Part shown: piece after piece, positions 44,564 to 53,828 of the stretch
Numbering within the stretch: position 1 is the first letter of the stretch
Layout of the letters: each line of letters starts with the position of its first letter
Origin: Bacteroidota bacterium
GTDB taxonomy: Bacteria; Bacteroidota; Bacteroidia; J057; JADKCL01
Reading direction: 5' to 3'
Assembly (NCBI GenBank): GCA_031415375.1
Contig: JANORP010000206.1
Span: 8,166-72,165 of the forward strand
Length of the DNA stretch: 64,000 bases
Made by a program: the position numbers and the translations under genes
The notes under the pieces: generated by a model
Seen by the model: only the letters and a program-made list of their open reading frames with translations
What the model was told of the DNA's origin: nothing
Database searches by the model: none

Positions 44564-47350
44564 ATGTCGATAGTCATAGGGAAAATAAAATCAAGGGGTC
44601 GGTGCCTGCTGCGGGTGCTGACCCTTTGCTTTTGTGTCGCAGCAGGGCCACTTGCGGGGAGCAATGTGAATGCGCAGATCCAAGAAGATTCGCTCATCAT
44701 CAACGAGTTGAAGGCCATCGCCAAGACCTGGGACAATGCCACGACAACTGCCGAGAACTATCAAGTCATCGGGAATTATTCCGCCGCCCTGCAACACGCT
44801 ATCTCGACCGCTGCATTAGGCGACGATGCGCTCGTGAAATCCTACAAAAAGCTAGGGAATTGGTACAAAGACCTGGGCGAATTTCAAAAAGCAAAGGAAA
44901 ACTACCTGCTGGCATTGGACAAGTGCCCTCTGAGAAAGGACTTGGACAGTACACAAGCACAGATCTATCGCACCATCGCAAAAAACCTAGCGATGGCATA
45001 TAGCAGCCTTGGTCAAATGGATGAAGCCAAAAATTATGGCCTGCTCGCCAATGAAATGGCTACGAATTTCCCGGAAGAGCAAGCCTCAATGCTGACCAAC
45101 CTCTCGGTGATCTACAAGAATTTTGGTGAATATCCGAATGCCGTAAGGGTTGCGAGACAATCCCTGGAAATCAGGCAGAAACTGCTCAAAAAAGTTAAAA
45201 ACCCTACTGAAAGGCAGGAACTGACGACCAGGCTTTCCAATTCCCTGGCGAACCTTGCCGGAGCCCTCACCGAGTGGGGCAAGCCCGATAGCGCAATCTT
45301 CTACCTGGACCAGACGACAGCTTTGCGCAAACTAGTGGAAGCATCTACGCTGAGGGAGATCGAAAAAATCTATGGCCTCACCTACCAACAGCAAGGTGAC
45401 TTTGAAAAAGCATTCCTTGCCTTCGACAATGCGGTTGCGCTGTCACAGCCCGATTCCAATCGCCATTCGCGCGAACTCGGCAAGGTCTATGAAGCCCAAG
45501 GGCAATGTTATGCCGCCGCCAACAGGCACGAGGATGCCCTCAGGTGCTACCAGAAGGCATTGATCGCCTTCACACGCGACTTTGAAGACACCATCCCGAG
45601 CCACAACCCCGCCCCGGAATTGTGGGAGGCAGAGCCTTGGCTGTTCCAAAATTTTGCAGACAAGGCGGCGTCTTTTGCTGCGCTCCAGCAAATCGATCCC
45701 GCCCTCAGATGCTACGAGGCGGCATTTGCGTATGTGAATCACCTGCGCGAAAACTTCAACACCAGCGATGCCAAGGCATTTATCAGCAATATCATTTATG
45801 CAAGCCACGAAAAGGCCATGGCACTCGCCTTGGGCTTTTACCAGCAAACCAAGGAGCCGCAGCAACTCGACCGCGTCTTTGAATTCATGGAGCGCAGCAA
45901 GACCAATGAAATCTTGGAATCCCTCTGCAAAGCCGAGCAATTCAAAGCCTACAAATTGCCCGACTCATTGCTCAACCAATTGCGCACGATTCAGGCACGC
46001 AAATCGGCCCAGTACCATTCCCATTTGCCCAACGAGCAGCTGCTCGATCGGCTCAAAAACCAAGAGCGTGCCATCTGGGACCAGATCGACGCGCTCGCCC
46101 CAGGCTTCAAAAACCTCACCGAAAAAATCGACCTTGCGACACCATCCGAGGTGCAAGCCAACCTCCATGGCGACCAGGTCTTCTTGGAATACTTCATTGG
46201 CGCCAGCGACATCTACATCTTCGCGATCGATGCCGATCATTATGATTGTTTCTCGACTCCCAAGCCGCCACAGTTTCAGGCCACCGTCGATCTGGTGATC
46301 ACGATGCTGCAAAATGCCCCCAAGGGAAATGCCAAGAAGTTATTCGCAGCCTACCAAAAGCCATCCTACACGCTTTTTAGGCTCCTAGTGGGCCCACTGA
46401 TCCAGCACAAGTTCAGAACCAAGGCTGTGAAGTCGCTTATCGTGGTGCCCGACGGGCGACTGGCACTCCTGCCCTTTGAGTGCTTGGTCACCCAACCGAT
46501 CGCCGCCGTGAATCAACCTACGTTTCAGACAGGCGCCTACCTGATGCGCGATTGCGAGGTGCGCTACGGGCACTCTGCGACGACCCTGCGGCAGCAACGG
46601 CTCCGCAAAAAGCCGAGCGGCGACCTCAAAAACCTTTTGGCAATGACAGCTTCACCTCCCAAAAGTACACTCAGCATCCTCCAAAACATCAATCCCGAGG
46701 CCCAATCAGCCCAAGAGGCCCTGAATGGACGTGTCATCCGCAATGCCAGCAAGCTTGATTTTACGAAAAATGCAGCCGCCTACCGTTTCCTGCACTTTGC
46801 CTGCCATGCCAATGCCGACTTCGACAATCCGCTGAAGTCTTGGATCGCGCTGCAAAGCGACTCGGGCACCGTAGATACGCTCTATGCCTATGAGATCATG
46901 GGCCAAAAGCTCAATGCCGACCTGGCGGTGCTGAGCGCCTGCTATACGGGTTCAGGCAAATTGCAGACGGGCGAAGGTGTGATGAGCCTCGCACGCTCGT
47001 TTTTTGTAGCAGGCTGCCCACGTGTCACGATGAGCCTCTGGCAGCTCGACGACGAGGTGACGGCCACGATCATGGAAAAGTTCTACAAGGGCATCAAAAC
47101 TGGCAAACCAGCTGCCCAATCCCTCCGTGAGGCGCATCTGGCATTCCTAGCCGACGACAAATTTGTGGATGATCCGATCAGGTACCATCCCTACTATTGG
47201 GCGGCGATGGTGATGGTCGGCGACGAGGGTCCCTACCTAGCGCAGGGGCCCAAGAATTGGACGTCATCGATCATCTGGGGCTGCATCATCGCCTTTTTCA
47301 TTGCGCTCTTGCTACGTGGGCGCCGCAAGCGCAAGCGCAAAGCGGCCTAG
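44564..47350 (+). CDS. TPR-repeat CHAT-domain (caspase-like) protein with a signal peptide and a C-terminal TM anchor
   Basis: It has a signal peptide (LLRVLTLCFCVAAGPLAGSNVNAQ) and a long TPR array. The CHAT dyad candidates are His in FLHFACHA (codon 46805-46807) and Cys in AVLSACYTG (codon 46940-46942). The C-terminal helix IIWGCIIAFFIALLL is followed by RGRRKRKRKAA. Confidence 0.85.
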   Translation: MSIVIGKIKSRGRCLLRVLTLCFCVAAGPLAGSNVNAQIQEDSLIINELKAIAKTWDNATTTAENYQVIGNYSAALQHAISTAALGDDALVKSYKKLGNWYKDLGEFQKAKENYLLALDKCPLRKDLDSTQAQIYRTIAKNLAMAYSSLGQMDEAKNYGLLANEMATNFPEEQASMLTNLSVIYKNFGEYPNAVRVARQSLEIRQKLLKKVKNPTERQELTTRLSNSLANLAGALTEWGKPDSAIFYLDQTTALRKLVEASTLREIEKIYGLTYQQQGDFEKAFLAFDNAVALSQPDSNRHSRELGKVYEAQGQCYAAANRHEDALRCYQKALIAFTRDFEDTIPSHNPAPELWEAEPWLFQNFADKAASFAALQQIDPALRCYEAAFAYVNHLRENFNTSDAKAFISNIIYASHEKAMALALGFYQQTKEPQQLDRVFEFMERSKTNEILESLCKAEQFKAYKLPDSLLNQLRTIQARKSAQYHSHLPNEQLLDRLKNQERAIWDQIDALAPGFKNLTEKIDLATPSEVQANLHGDQVFLEYFIGASDIYIFAIDADHYDCFSTPKPPQFQATVDLVITMLQNAPKGNAKKLFAAYQKPSYTLFRLLVGPLIQHKFRTKAVKSLIVVPDGRLALLPFECLVTQPIAAVNQPTFQTGAYLMRDCEVRYGHSATTLRQQRLRKKPSGDLKNLLAMTASPPKSTLSILQNINPEAQSAQEALNGRVIRNASKLDFTKNAAAYRFLHFACHANADFDNPLKSWIALQSDSGTVDTLYAYEIMGQKLNADLAVLSACYTGSGKLQTGEGVMSLARSFFVAGCPRVTMSLWQLDDEVTATIMEKFYKGIKTGKPAAQSLREAHLAFLADDKFVDDPIRYHPYYWAAMVMVGDEGPYLAQGPKNWTSSIIWGCIIAFFIALLLRGRRKRKRKAA

Positions 47351-47353
47351 AAA

Positions 47354-47770
47354 TCACTGCTTGCCGACGGTGATCCTCACATTCGTACTGTTGCCATCTT
47401 GATCCTTGTCTTTGCTGCGTGGCTCAAGCAAGCCACTCACAATGCTGATGATGATCGACCCCCAGACGGCCGACCAGAAGCCATCCACATAAAAGTGGTG
47501 GCCGGGCACGATGTCGCCGACAAACAGCAGCAAGACAGCATTGATGACCACCAAAAACAGCCCAAAACTGAGGAGGATAAAGGGAATGGAGATCAGTTGC
47601 AAAAATGGCTTGATGAAGGTATTCAGCAAGCCGAGCACAAACGAGACTACGAGTGCCCAGCCAATGCTATCGATATGGATGCGGTCGGGCATGATCCAAT
47701 GGGCCACCCAGACAGCGATCGCTGTTCCAAACAGCTTGATGATGTAGCGTGCGATGTTTTTCGATTCCAT
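47354..47770 (-). CDS. phage-holin-family-IV-like small membrane protein (PF04020-like)
   Basis: It has four hydrophobic helices, and GLLNTFIKPFLQLISIPFILLSFGLFLVVINAVLL resembles this family. The start is at MESKN (47770). It is convergent with the CHAT gene, separated by only 3 nt. Confidence 0.65.
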   Translation of the reverse strand: MESKNIARYIIKLFGTAIAVWVAHWIMPDRIHIDSIGWALVVSFVLGLLNTFIKPFLQLISIPFILLSFGLFLVVINAVLLLFVGDIVPGHHFYVDGFWSAVWGSIIISIVSGLLEPRSKDKDQDGNSTNVRITVGKQ

Positions 47771-47878
47771 GATGCACAAAGATACAACGATCCTCACGCA
47801 TCTGCGTTGACTTGATGCAGATCATCTGCTGCCCATACAAAAGTCATCTACGTGCCCTGCATGCCACAAAAGCCGTGA

Positions 47879-48274
47879 TCACTTGCGCACGCCCGTGACC
47901 ACATACCGCACACGCTGCGCGGTATAGGACCGAAATTCAGAAGTGAAGTTCAAGTGGTCTGCGTCGCCAAAGCTCCCCACAAAACTGCCGCCCGAAGCCA
48001 CAAACCCAGGCACCGTGAGCGCGCCGTCCTTGGCAATATTGGGGGCAATGGAATCGTCGGGCTTGAAATGCAACAACAGCGCATCGTCGTTGTATAGGCT
48101 CACGGTTCCTGCAAAAATCGTGGTCGAGGAGTCGTGGTCGCTGGAGTCTGGTAGCGAACGGATCGTCGTGAAGTCAAAATCCCCAACATATTGCTCTCGG
48201 TAGCTGAAGCGGTCACAACCCAAGGCGAGCATCAACAAGATGGGTGCGATCCACAATTTTTGAGTCCAATTCAT
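47879..48274 (-). CDS. small lipoprotein, paralogue of 48406-48801
   Basis: It has a lipobox-like LALGC. The blocks YVGDFDFTTI and C-terminal VTGVRK are shared with the neighbouring gene. Confidence 0.5.
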   Translation of the reverse strand: MNWTQKLWIAPILLMLALGCDRFSYREQYVGDFDFTTIRSLPDSSDHDSSTTIFAGTVSLYNDDALLLHFKPDDSIAPNIAKDGALTVPGFVASGGSFVGSFGDADHLNFTSEFRSYTAQRVRYVVTGVRK

Positions 48275-48405
48275 CCTGCAAAGCAATGCGATCTTTGCAA
48301 CACTTGCAAGATCACACGCACAAGCCCACGCTGAGACGCACCATGGCAGTTGGCCTCTACCTACAGGCTTATTGCTGATGCGCGGCTCAATCGTCTATTC
48401 GCAGC

Positions 48406-48801
48406 CTATTTGCGCACCCCATGCAAGGTCCAAGCATTGTACCCACCAACTGGCGAGATGCCCCCTGCACTGGCATCAAAATGGTCCTTGTCGGTAAAGC
48501 GACCTGCCAGCGTGGATCCTTCTGGGCCATGCATCACCCCGTGCTTGTCGATCGAGACCTCAAAATTGATCGCCCAATCGGCCGTCACAAATTGCAGGGA
48601 CTGCCGATCCTCGGCAAAATCGACCGTCGTCGTCGATACGATCCCCCAAGTCTCACTGGGGCTGTAGGCATTGATGGTAAAGATCCCGGTCACCTCAAAC
48701 TCCCCGACATACTTGTGCCGGAAGTCAAACTTGCTTTCGCTACAGGATTGCAGGAGCGCTAGCGCAAACACAAACCCTAAAATCGTCCATTGAGCCTTCA
48801 T
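48406..48801 (-). CDS. small lipoprotein, paralogue of 47879-48274
   Basis: It has a lipobox-like LLQSC. The blocks YVGEFEVTGI and C-terminal LHGVRK are shared with the neighbouring gene. Confidence 0.5.
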   Translation of the reverse strand: MKAQWTILGFVFALALLQSCSESKFDFRHKYVGEFEVTGIFTINAYSPSETWGIVSTTTVDFAEDRQSLQFVTADWAINFEVSIDKHGVMHGPEGSTLAGRFTDKDHFDASAGGISPVGGYNAWTLHGVRK

Positions 48802-48947
48802 GTCATGCTTTGTCTTGGATTCACAGCGACGAATATCGCAGGGCGTAGCGAATTCTGCAGACTCAACTTAGCCAGTGTGTTACACAGTTAGCTGGGCATC
48901 GCCGAGATCGGCTCGACCGTCGGTTGCCACCCCGAAATTGTTTTTTG

Positions 48948-50630
48948 CTACCCCATCTTCGATTCCACGACCGCCATGATCTCCCCGAGGGTCATCGCGC
49001 TGTCATTGACAAGGCGTGCGACCTTGCCGCCGAGCTCGATCTTGAGCGCTTCATCCTTGAGGCTGCCAAGGTTGATGCGCACATTCAGTCCCGCCCCTTG
49101 GATGCAGGTGTGGATGCAAAGCGCGCCTACACCCGCGTCGGTGATCGAGGCGGGATTGCCGCCGTCGGCCATTTGGCGGATGAGGGCATAAGCCTCAAAA
49201 GATGTTTGCATCACTTGCAGCGGGATGCGTGCTGCGTATTCATTGGCACTTTGGATGGCGGCGCTGCGCGCGGCCTTCTCGGCGTCGCTGTCTTTGGGAA
49301 GGCGATAGGCATCCATCACCTTGTTGAAGGCGGCGGTGTCTTCATCGACAAGATAGAGGAGCTGATCCTTGATGCCCTGCGCCTGCCTCGCGACAGCACT
49401 GAATTCAGGGATGCGCGCATCCCAACCTTGCTTGCTCGCGCTCAGATTGGCGACCATGCCGCCGAGCGACACCCCAAGGGCACCCACCAAGGCAGACACT
49501 GAGCCACCGCCTGGCGCAGGCGAATCGGCCAGGGTCTCGTTGCAAAACTGGCGCAGGTTCATTTTCACTAGCTTGCGCGCATTTTCGTCGGCGATGCGGT
49601 ACTCGATGATCTTTTCCTTGGGGACAAATGGATACAATTCGTCGAGGCCCATGGATTTGATGGCGATGCGGATCAATTCCTCCTCGCTCACGCCGTCGCT
49701 CACGTTTTGCTTTTGCAAGTAGTGGCGGCCTGCATCGAGCATGGCATTGAGGGGCAAGAGCCCCACGATCTCGCTGCCCGTCACGCGCAGGCCACGTGCG
49801 GTCGCGCTCATGCAACACGCATCAAAGGCCGCGTGCAAGGGCGTCACGCTCACATTCGTGAGGTTCATGCTCACCTGCGCGATGCCATATTCTTCCACCA
49901 TCCAGCCGATGGCCTTCACGCTTTTGAGCATGCCTGGCTCACGGATTTCCTCGCCATTTGCGTCGAGGATTTTTTTGCCCCAAGGCGTGCCATCTTCCGT
50001 TTTGGGACGGCCATTTTCGCGCACGTCAAACGCAACCGAATTGGCACGGCGCACCGAGGTCGTGTTGAGATTGGCATTGTAGGCGATGAGAAAATCACGC
50101 ACGCCGATCACAGATTGGCCAGCCTTGGCATTAAATTCCTGAGGCCCAAAGTCGGGTTTCCACTCGGGTAGATAGATCTTGGTCGCAAAGGCCTCATACT
50201 CCCCCGCGCGAATGATTGCGAGGTTGCGACGCTCAGGCGTCGTAGCCGCCATCTCGTAGAGATAGACGGGGATGCCCAGGGCGCCTACTCTTTTGCCGAG
50301 CTCTTGGGCCCAGGCCACGCATTCCTCAAACGAGATCCCGGAGATCGGGATCAGCGGGGTCACATCCGTCGCGCCCATGCGAGGGTGCGCACCCTTGTGG
50401 GAGCGCATGTCGATCAGTTCGGCAGCCTTGGCGATGCCACGGTAGGCAGCCTCGACGACATTGGCAGGCTCACCTACAAATGTCACGACCGTGCGGTTGG
50501 TGCTCGCGCCCATATCGACATCGAGCAGGGAGATGCCCTCGACCGACTCGATGGCGTCGGTGATGAGCTTGATTTTATCTTTGTCGCGGCCCTCGCTAAA
50601 GTTGGGGACGCATTCTATGAGTTGTTTCAT
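48948..50630 (-). CDS. ftcD: bifunctional glutamate formimidoyltransferase / formimidoyltetrahydrofolate cyclodeaminase
   Basis: It begins with the transferase N-terminus MKQLIECVPNFSEGRD. The C-terminal cyclodeaminase segment is ADSPAPGGGSVSALVGALG. The start is at ATG 50630; the ORF is open to 50882. Confidence 0.85.
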   Translation of the reverse strand: MKQLIECVPNFSEGRDKDKIKLITDAIESVEGISLLDVDMGASTNRTVVTFVGEPANVVEAAYRGIAKAAELIDMRSHKGAHPRMGATDVTPLIPISGISFEECVAWAQELGKRVGALGIPVYLYEMAATTPERRNLAIIRAGEYEAFATKIYLPEWKPDFGPQEFNAKAGQSVIGVRDFLIAYNANLNTTSVRRANSVAFDVRENGRPKTEDGTPWGKKILDANGEEIREPGMLKSVKAIGWMVEEYGIAQVSMNLTNVSVTPLHAAFDACCMSATARGLRVTGSEIVGLLPLNAMLDAGRHYLQKQNVSDGVSEEELIRIAIKSMGLDELYPFVPKEKIIEYRIADENARKLVKMNLRQFCNETLADSPAPGGGSVSALVGALGVSLGGMVANLSASKQGWDARIPEFSAVARQAQGIKDQLLYLVDEDTAAFNKVMDAYRLPKDSDAEKAARSAAIQSANEYAARIPLQVMQTSFEAYALIRQMADGGNPASITDAGVGALCIHTCIQGAGLNVRINLGSLKDEALKIELGGKVARLVNDSAMTLGEIMAVVESKMG

Positions 50631-50864
50631 GCTTTGGAGTCTTGATGACGCGGCTAAGATAGTGGGTTTTGGGGGAATGTTGCGGCATCTCGCCTGGTAG
50701 GCGATTACCTCTTTTTTGGGACAAATCTCAAAATCCGACAAAACATTGCCCAATATCCCACATTTCGTAGCAAAATGTTTGCAATATTTCCCTGAATATG
50801 CGTACTTTGCTAATTCATAGTAAGCCGCGCTCAGCTCTGCGCCCGTAAAAAATTGTCTGCAATC

Positions 50865-51869
50865 ATGAATGCCGAAGAACAAAACATTATCATCTACAAC
50901 ACCGCTGATGGAAAGGCTGCCGTTTCGCTATTTGCCCGTGACGGCAGTGCCTGGATGAGTCAAAAACAGCTTGCTGAACTTTTTGACACCTCTATCCCCA
51001 ATGTCAGTATTCATATATCTAATATACTGAATGACAATGAATTAAATGATAATTCAGTTATTAAGGATTATTTAATAACTGCCTCCGATGGCAAGGAATA
51101 CAACGTGACGTTTTACTCCTTGGAGATGATCCTAGCGATCGGTTTCAGGGTGCGCAGCAAGCGTGGTACTCAGTTCAGAATCTGGGCGAATAGCCACCTG
51201 CGGGAATACCTGGTCAAGGGCTTTGTGATGGACGATGAACGGCTCAAGAACCCCAATGGGCGATTTGACTACTTTGATGAGTTGCTGGAGCGCATCAGGG
51301 AGATCAGAGCCTCCGAGAAACGGTTTTACCAAAAGGTGAGGGACTTGTTTGCGCTCAGCAGCGATTACGACACCACTGACAAGGCCACGCAGATGTACTT
51401 TGCGGAGACGCAAAACAAGCTGCTCTATGCCGTCACTGGGCAGACCGCCGCCGAGGTGATCGTCGCCCGCGCCGATGCTAGCCTACCCAACATGGGCCTG
51501 ACCTCCTGGAAAGGCAACGTCGTGCGCAAGCAAGACATCATCGTCGCCAAAAACTACCTGAATGCCGATGAGTTGGATACACTGAACCGCTTGGTAGTGC
51601 TGTTTTTGGAGAGTGCGGAACTGCGTGTGAAAAACCGGCAAGACATCACGATGCGTTTTTGGCGGGAAAATGTGGATCGACTATTGGAGTTTCAAGACAG
51701 AGTGGTGCTGCAGGGTGTCGGGAATATCAGCCATGGCGTGATGGAGGAGCAAGTCAAGGAAATCTATGCCGCCTATGACCAACGCCACAAGGTCGTTGAT
51801 GCCGCAACGGCGGATTTGTTTGACTTAGAGGAAATTCGGGCGCTGGAGGAAGAGGTTGGGAAGCGATGA
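50865..51869 (+). CDS. rhuM: RhuM family virulence-associated protein
   Basis: IIIYNTADGKAAVSLFARDGSAWMSQKQLAELFDTSIPNVSIHISNI and FRVRSKRGTQFRIWANSHLREYLVKGFVMDDERLK match the RhuM family as I remember it. The 5' third is visibly AT-rich. Confidence 0.8.
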   Translation: MNAEEQNIIIYNTADGKAAVSLFARDGSAWMSQKQLAELFDTSIPNVSIHISNILNDNELNDNSVIKDYLITASDGKEYNVTFYSLEMILAIGFRVRSKRGTQFRIWANSHLREYLVKGFVMDDERLKNPNGRFDYFDELLERIREIRASEKRFYQKVRDLFALSSDYDTTDKATQMYFAETQNKLLYAVTGQTAAEVIVARADASLPNMGLTSWKGNVVRKQDIIVAKNYLNADELDTLNRLVVLFLESAELRVKNRQDITMRFWRENVDRLLEFQDRVVLQGVGNISHGVMEEQVKEIYAAYDQRHKVVDAATADLFDLEEIRALEEEVGKR

Positions 51870-52139
51870 ATGAGGGGCACCTCAAAAAAACCATGAGGCT
51901 GCGTTGCTCAGTCATTTAAATCTAGCAACCAGACTTGCAATTCCAAATGACAAATACTAGGTTTACAGCAAGCATTGTACGAGCAACATCGGTCTGCCAT
52001 TAACCTTTGAAAACTGACTAGTCCATTCTGGAAGGAAAATGATCGCTTGGTATACTTGCCCTACCTAGACGCAGGCAACTAAATGTTGCCTCTTGATTGA
52101 ACAATTATTCTTACTGATAATATTTTAATTCATAAAAAA

Positions 52140-53156
52140 ATGAGAACAAGACTATCCTTAATCATCTTTACAGCCCTGTTGCTGAATTGTTTGGATGCAT
52201 TTTCACAACCCACAATCACGGCGACAGGCATCAATCCAGTGCTGGGAGAAAGCGTAAACATCTATTTCGGTTCCTATCAAAGCCCTGGTAATGCGGGTGC
52301 CAATCAGACTTGGGATTTCACAGCATTGGCTGGCTCCACTGGTGAATTGAACTCATGCATCTCCTCTGCATCGACTGCCAATGCCAGCAGCTTCCCCAAC
52401 TCCAATGTCGCGTTGAGCTCATCTCCTGCATCTATGAGGTATTACCGCACCACCAGCGCAGCCCTTGAAAATCACGGCACCTGGGTAGGCAACGTCCTCA
52501 CGCCATTCTCAGATCCCGAAGATCTGGTACGCTTCCCCTTCACCAGCGGTAATTCATTTACCGACACTTGGTCTGGAACTTATACCACGAGTTACCAAAT
52601 CTTTCGCAAGGGCACGACGAGCGTCACCGCCGATGCTTTTGGCACCATCACCACACCCGCAGGGACATTTACAAATGTATTGCGGGTTCATTTTGTGCAA
52701 GCTTATCAAGATTCCTTCAATTTTGGTGCGCCCTTTGTCATCACTATCAACAACGATGAATATATGTGGTACCAAGAAGGATTTCACAACCAAGTCGCTA
52801 CCACATTTGCACTCACAAGTTCATCTGGATTGAATGCCACTGGAGCGAGTTATTCCTCGACGGGCCCCGTCGCCGTGGCCAACACCACAGACCTCATTGC
52901 ATCGGCAAATCTGTTTCCCAACCCAGCAGCCGATTACATGACACTCGAATTGGAACTGCCTCAAAGTCAAGACATAGGTGTGCGCGTGTTCAATTCACTA
53001 GGCCAGCAGGTGAATGCCATGGATGCAACCAAAGGCAACCCCGGCATCAACCGATTTGAGATGGCTGTCGATCAGCTCTCCGAAGGCATCTATTTTGCAA
53101 AGATCACGGTCAATGGACAGGTAAGCTCCACCAAACGATTTGTCGTGGCGCGATAG
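52140..53156 (+). CDS. T9SS type A sorting domain-containing secreted protein
   Basis: It has a signal peptide and a C-terminal sorting domain: LFPNPAADYMTLELELPQSQDIGVRVFNSLGQQV...GIYFAKITVNGQVSSTKRFVVAR. Confidence 0.75.
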   Translation: MRTRLSLIIFTALLLNCLDAFSQPTITATGINPVLGESVNIYFGSYQSPGNAGANQTWDFTALAGSTGELNSCISSASTANASSFPNSNVALSSSPASMRYYRTTSAALENHGTWVGNVLTPFSDPEDLVRFPFTSGNSFTDTWSGTYTTSYQIFRKGTTSVTADAFGTITTPAGTFTNVLRVHFVQAYQDSFNFGAPFVITINNDEYMWYQEGFHNQVATTFALTSSSGLNATGASYSSTGPVAVANTTDLIASANLFPNPAADYMTLELELPQSQDIGVRVFNSLGQQVNAMDATKGNPGINRFEMAVDQLSEGIYFAKITVNGQVSSTKRFVVAR

Positions 53157-53186
53157 AACACTGCACGAAAAAGTATTTCTATTAGG

Positions 53187-53226
53187 TTGTAGGGGCAGGA
53201 TGATCTTGCCCTTACAATCATTTTTT
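53187..53226 (+). terminator. candidate intrinsic terminator
   Basis: TTGTAGGGGCAGG-ATGAT-CTTGCCCTTACAA forms a 13-bp stem including two G-U pairs, followed 3 nt later by TTTTTT (53221-53226). Confidence 0.55.
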
Positions 53227-53252
53227 CAAAAGGGGGAATATCGACTTTTGTC

Positions 53253-53825
53253 TCAATCCCCAAAATAGGTAATTCCCAATTTCACAAAAAACGCTTTCAG
53301 CAAGTCATATTTGCCTTCGCAGAACTCAATTGTATTGCGGTCTTCGAATGTACACTTGACCCGCACACATTGAAAACAAACCTCCATGCTTTCAAATATC
53401 CTGCCATTAGCATCCCTGAACAAGACGACCTGCTTCGGGAAATAGCACCCGTTTATATCGTCATAACCAATGCGCAATGACTTTGAAAAATTGTAGTTGT
53501 ACAGAATATCCGTGAAGGCATCGATCTGATGGCTGGTGAGTATGACCCGCTCGAAGGTATCAGGCTGAACCACGGCCTTCTCCGCTTCACCTACGATCGT
53601 CCCGAAATCATACTCATACACACCCTTGAAGGACGCGACCTCAATCGTGACTGCAACATCGAAGGGGTAATTGCGTTTCCGTTTTGCGGCACCGAGGTGG
53701 CCATTGTGGTAGCATTCTTGACTGCTGCGATCGACCTTGGGAGGTCCTGGAGCACGATGGGAGGGCGTGCAAGCAAGCGCCAAGAGCAAAACGAATGTTC
53801 CCAGAAAACATTGGAATTTCCCCAT
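53253..53825 (-). CDS. hypothetical lipoprotein
   Basis: It has a signal peptide with a lipobox-like LALAC and is Cys-rich. It lies 3 nt downstream of the cytochrome b-like gene. Confidence 0.5.
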   Translation of the reverse strand: MGKFQCFLGTFVLLLALACTPSHRAPGPPKVDRSSQECYHNGHLGAAKRKRNYPFDVAVTIEVASFKGVYEYDFGTIVGEAEKAVVQPDTFERVILTSHQIDAFTDILYNYNFSKSLRIGYDDINGCYFPKQVVLFRDANGRIFESMEVCFQCVRVKCTFEDRNTIEFCEGKYDLLKAFFVKLGITYFGD

Positions 53826-53828
53826 ACC

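Noticed and set aside
47354-51869. A possible prophage remnant (holin-family protein, RhuM; M23 peptidases elsewhere in the window)
   Set aside because: There are no integrase, capsid, tail, terminase or repressor-switch genes, and the intervening genes are metabolic (FTCD) or lipoproteins.
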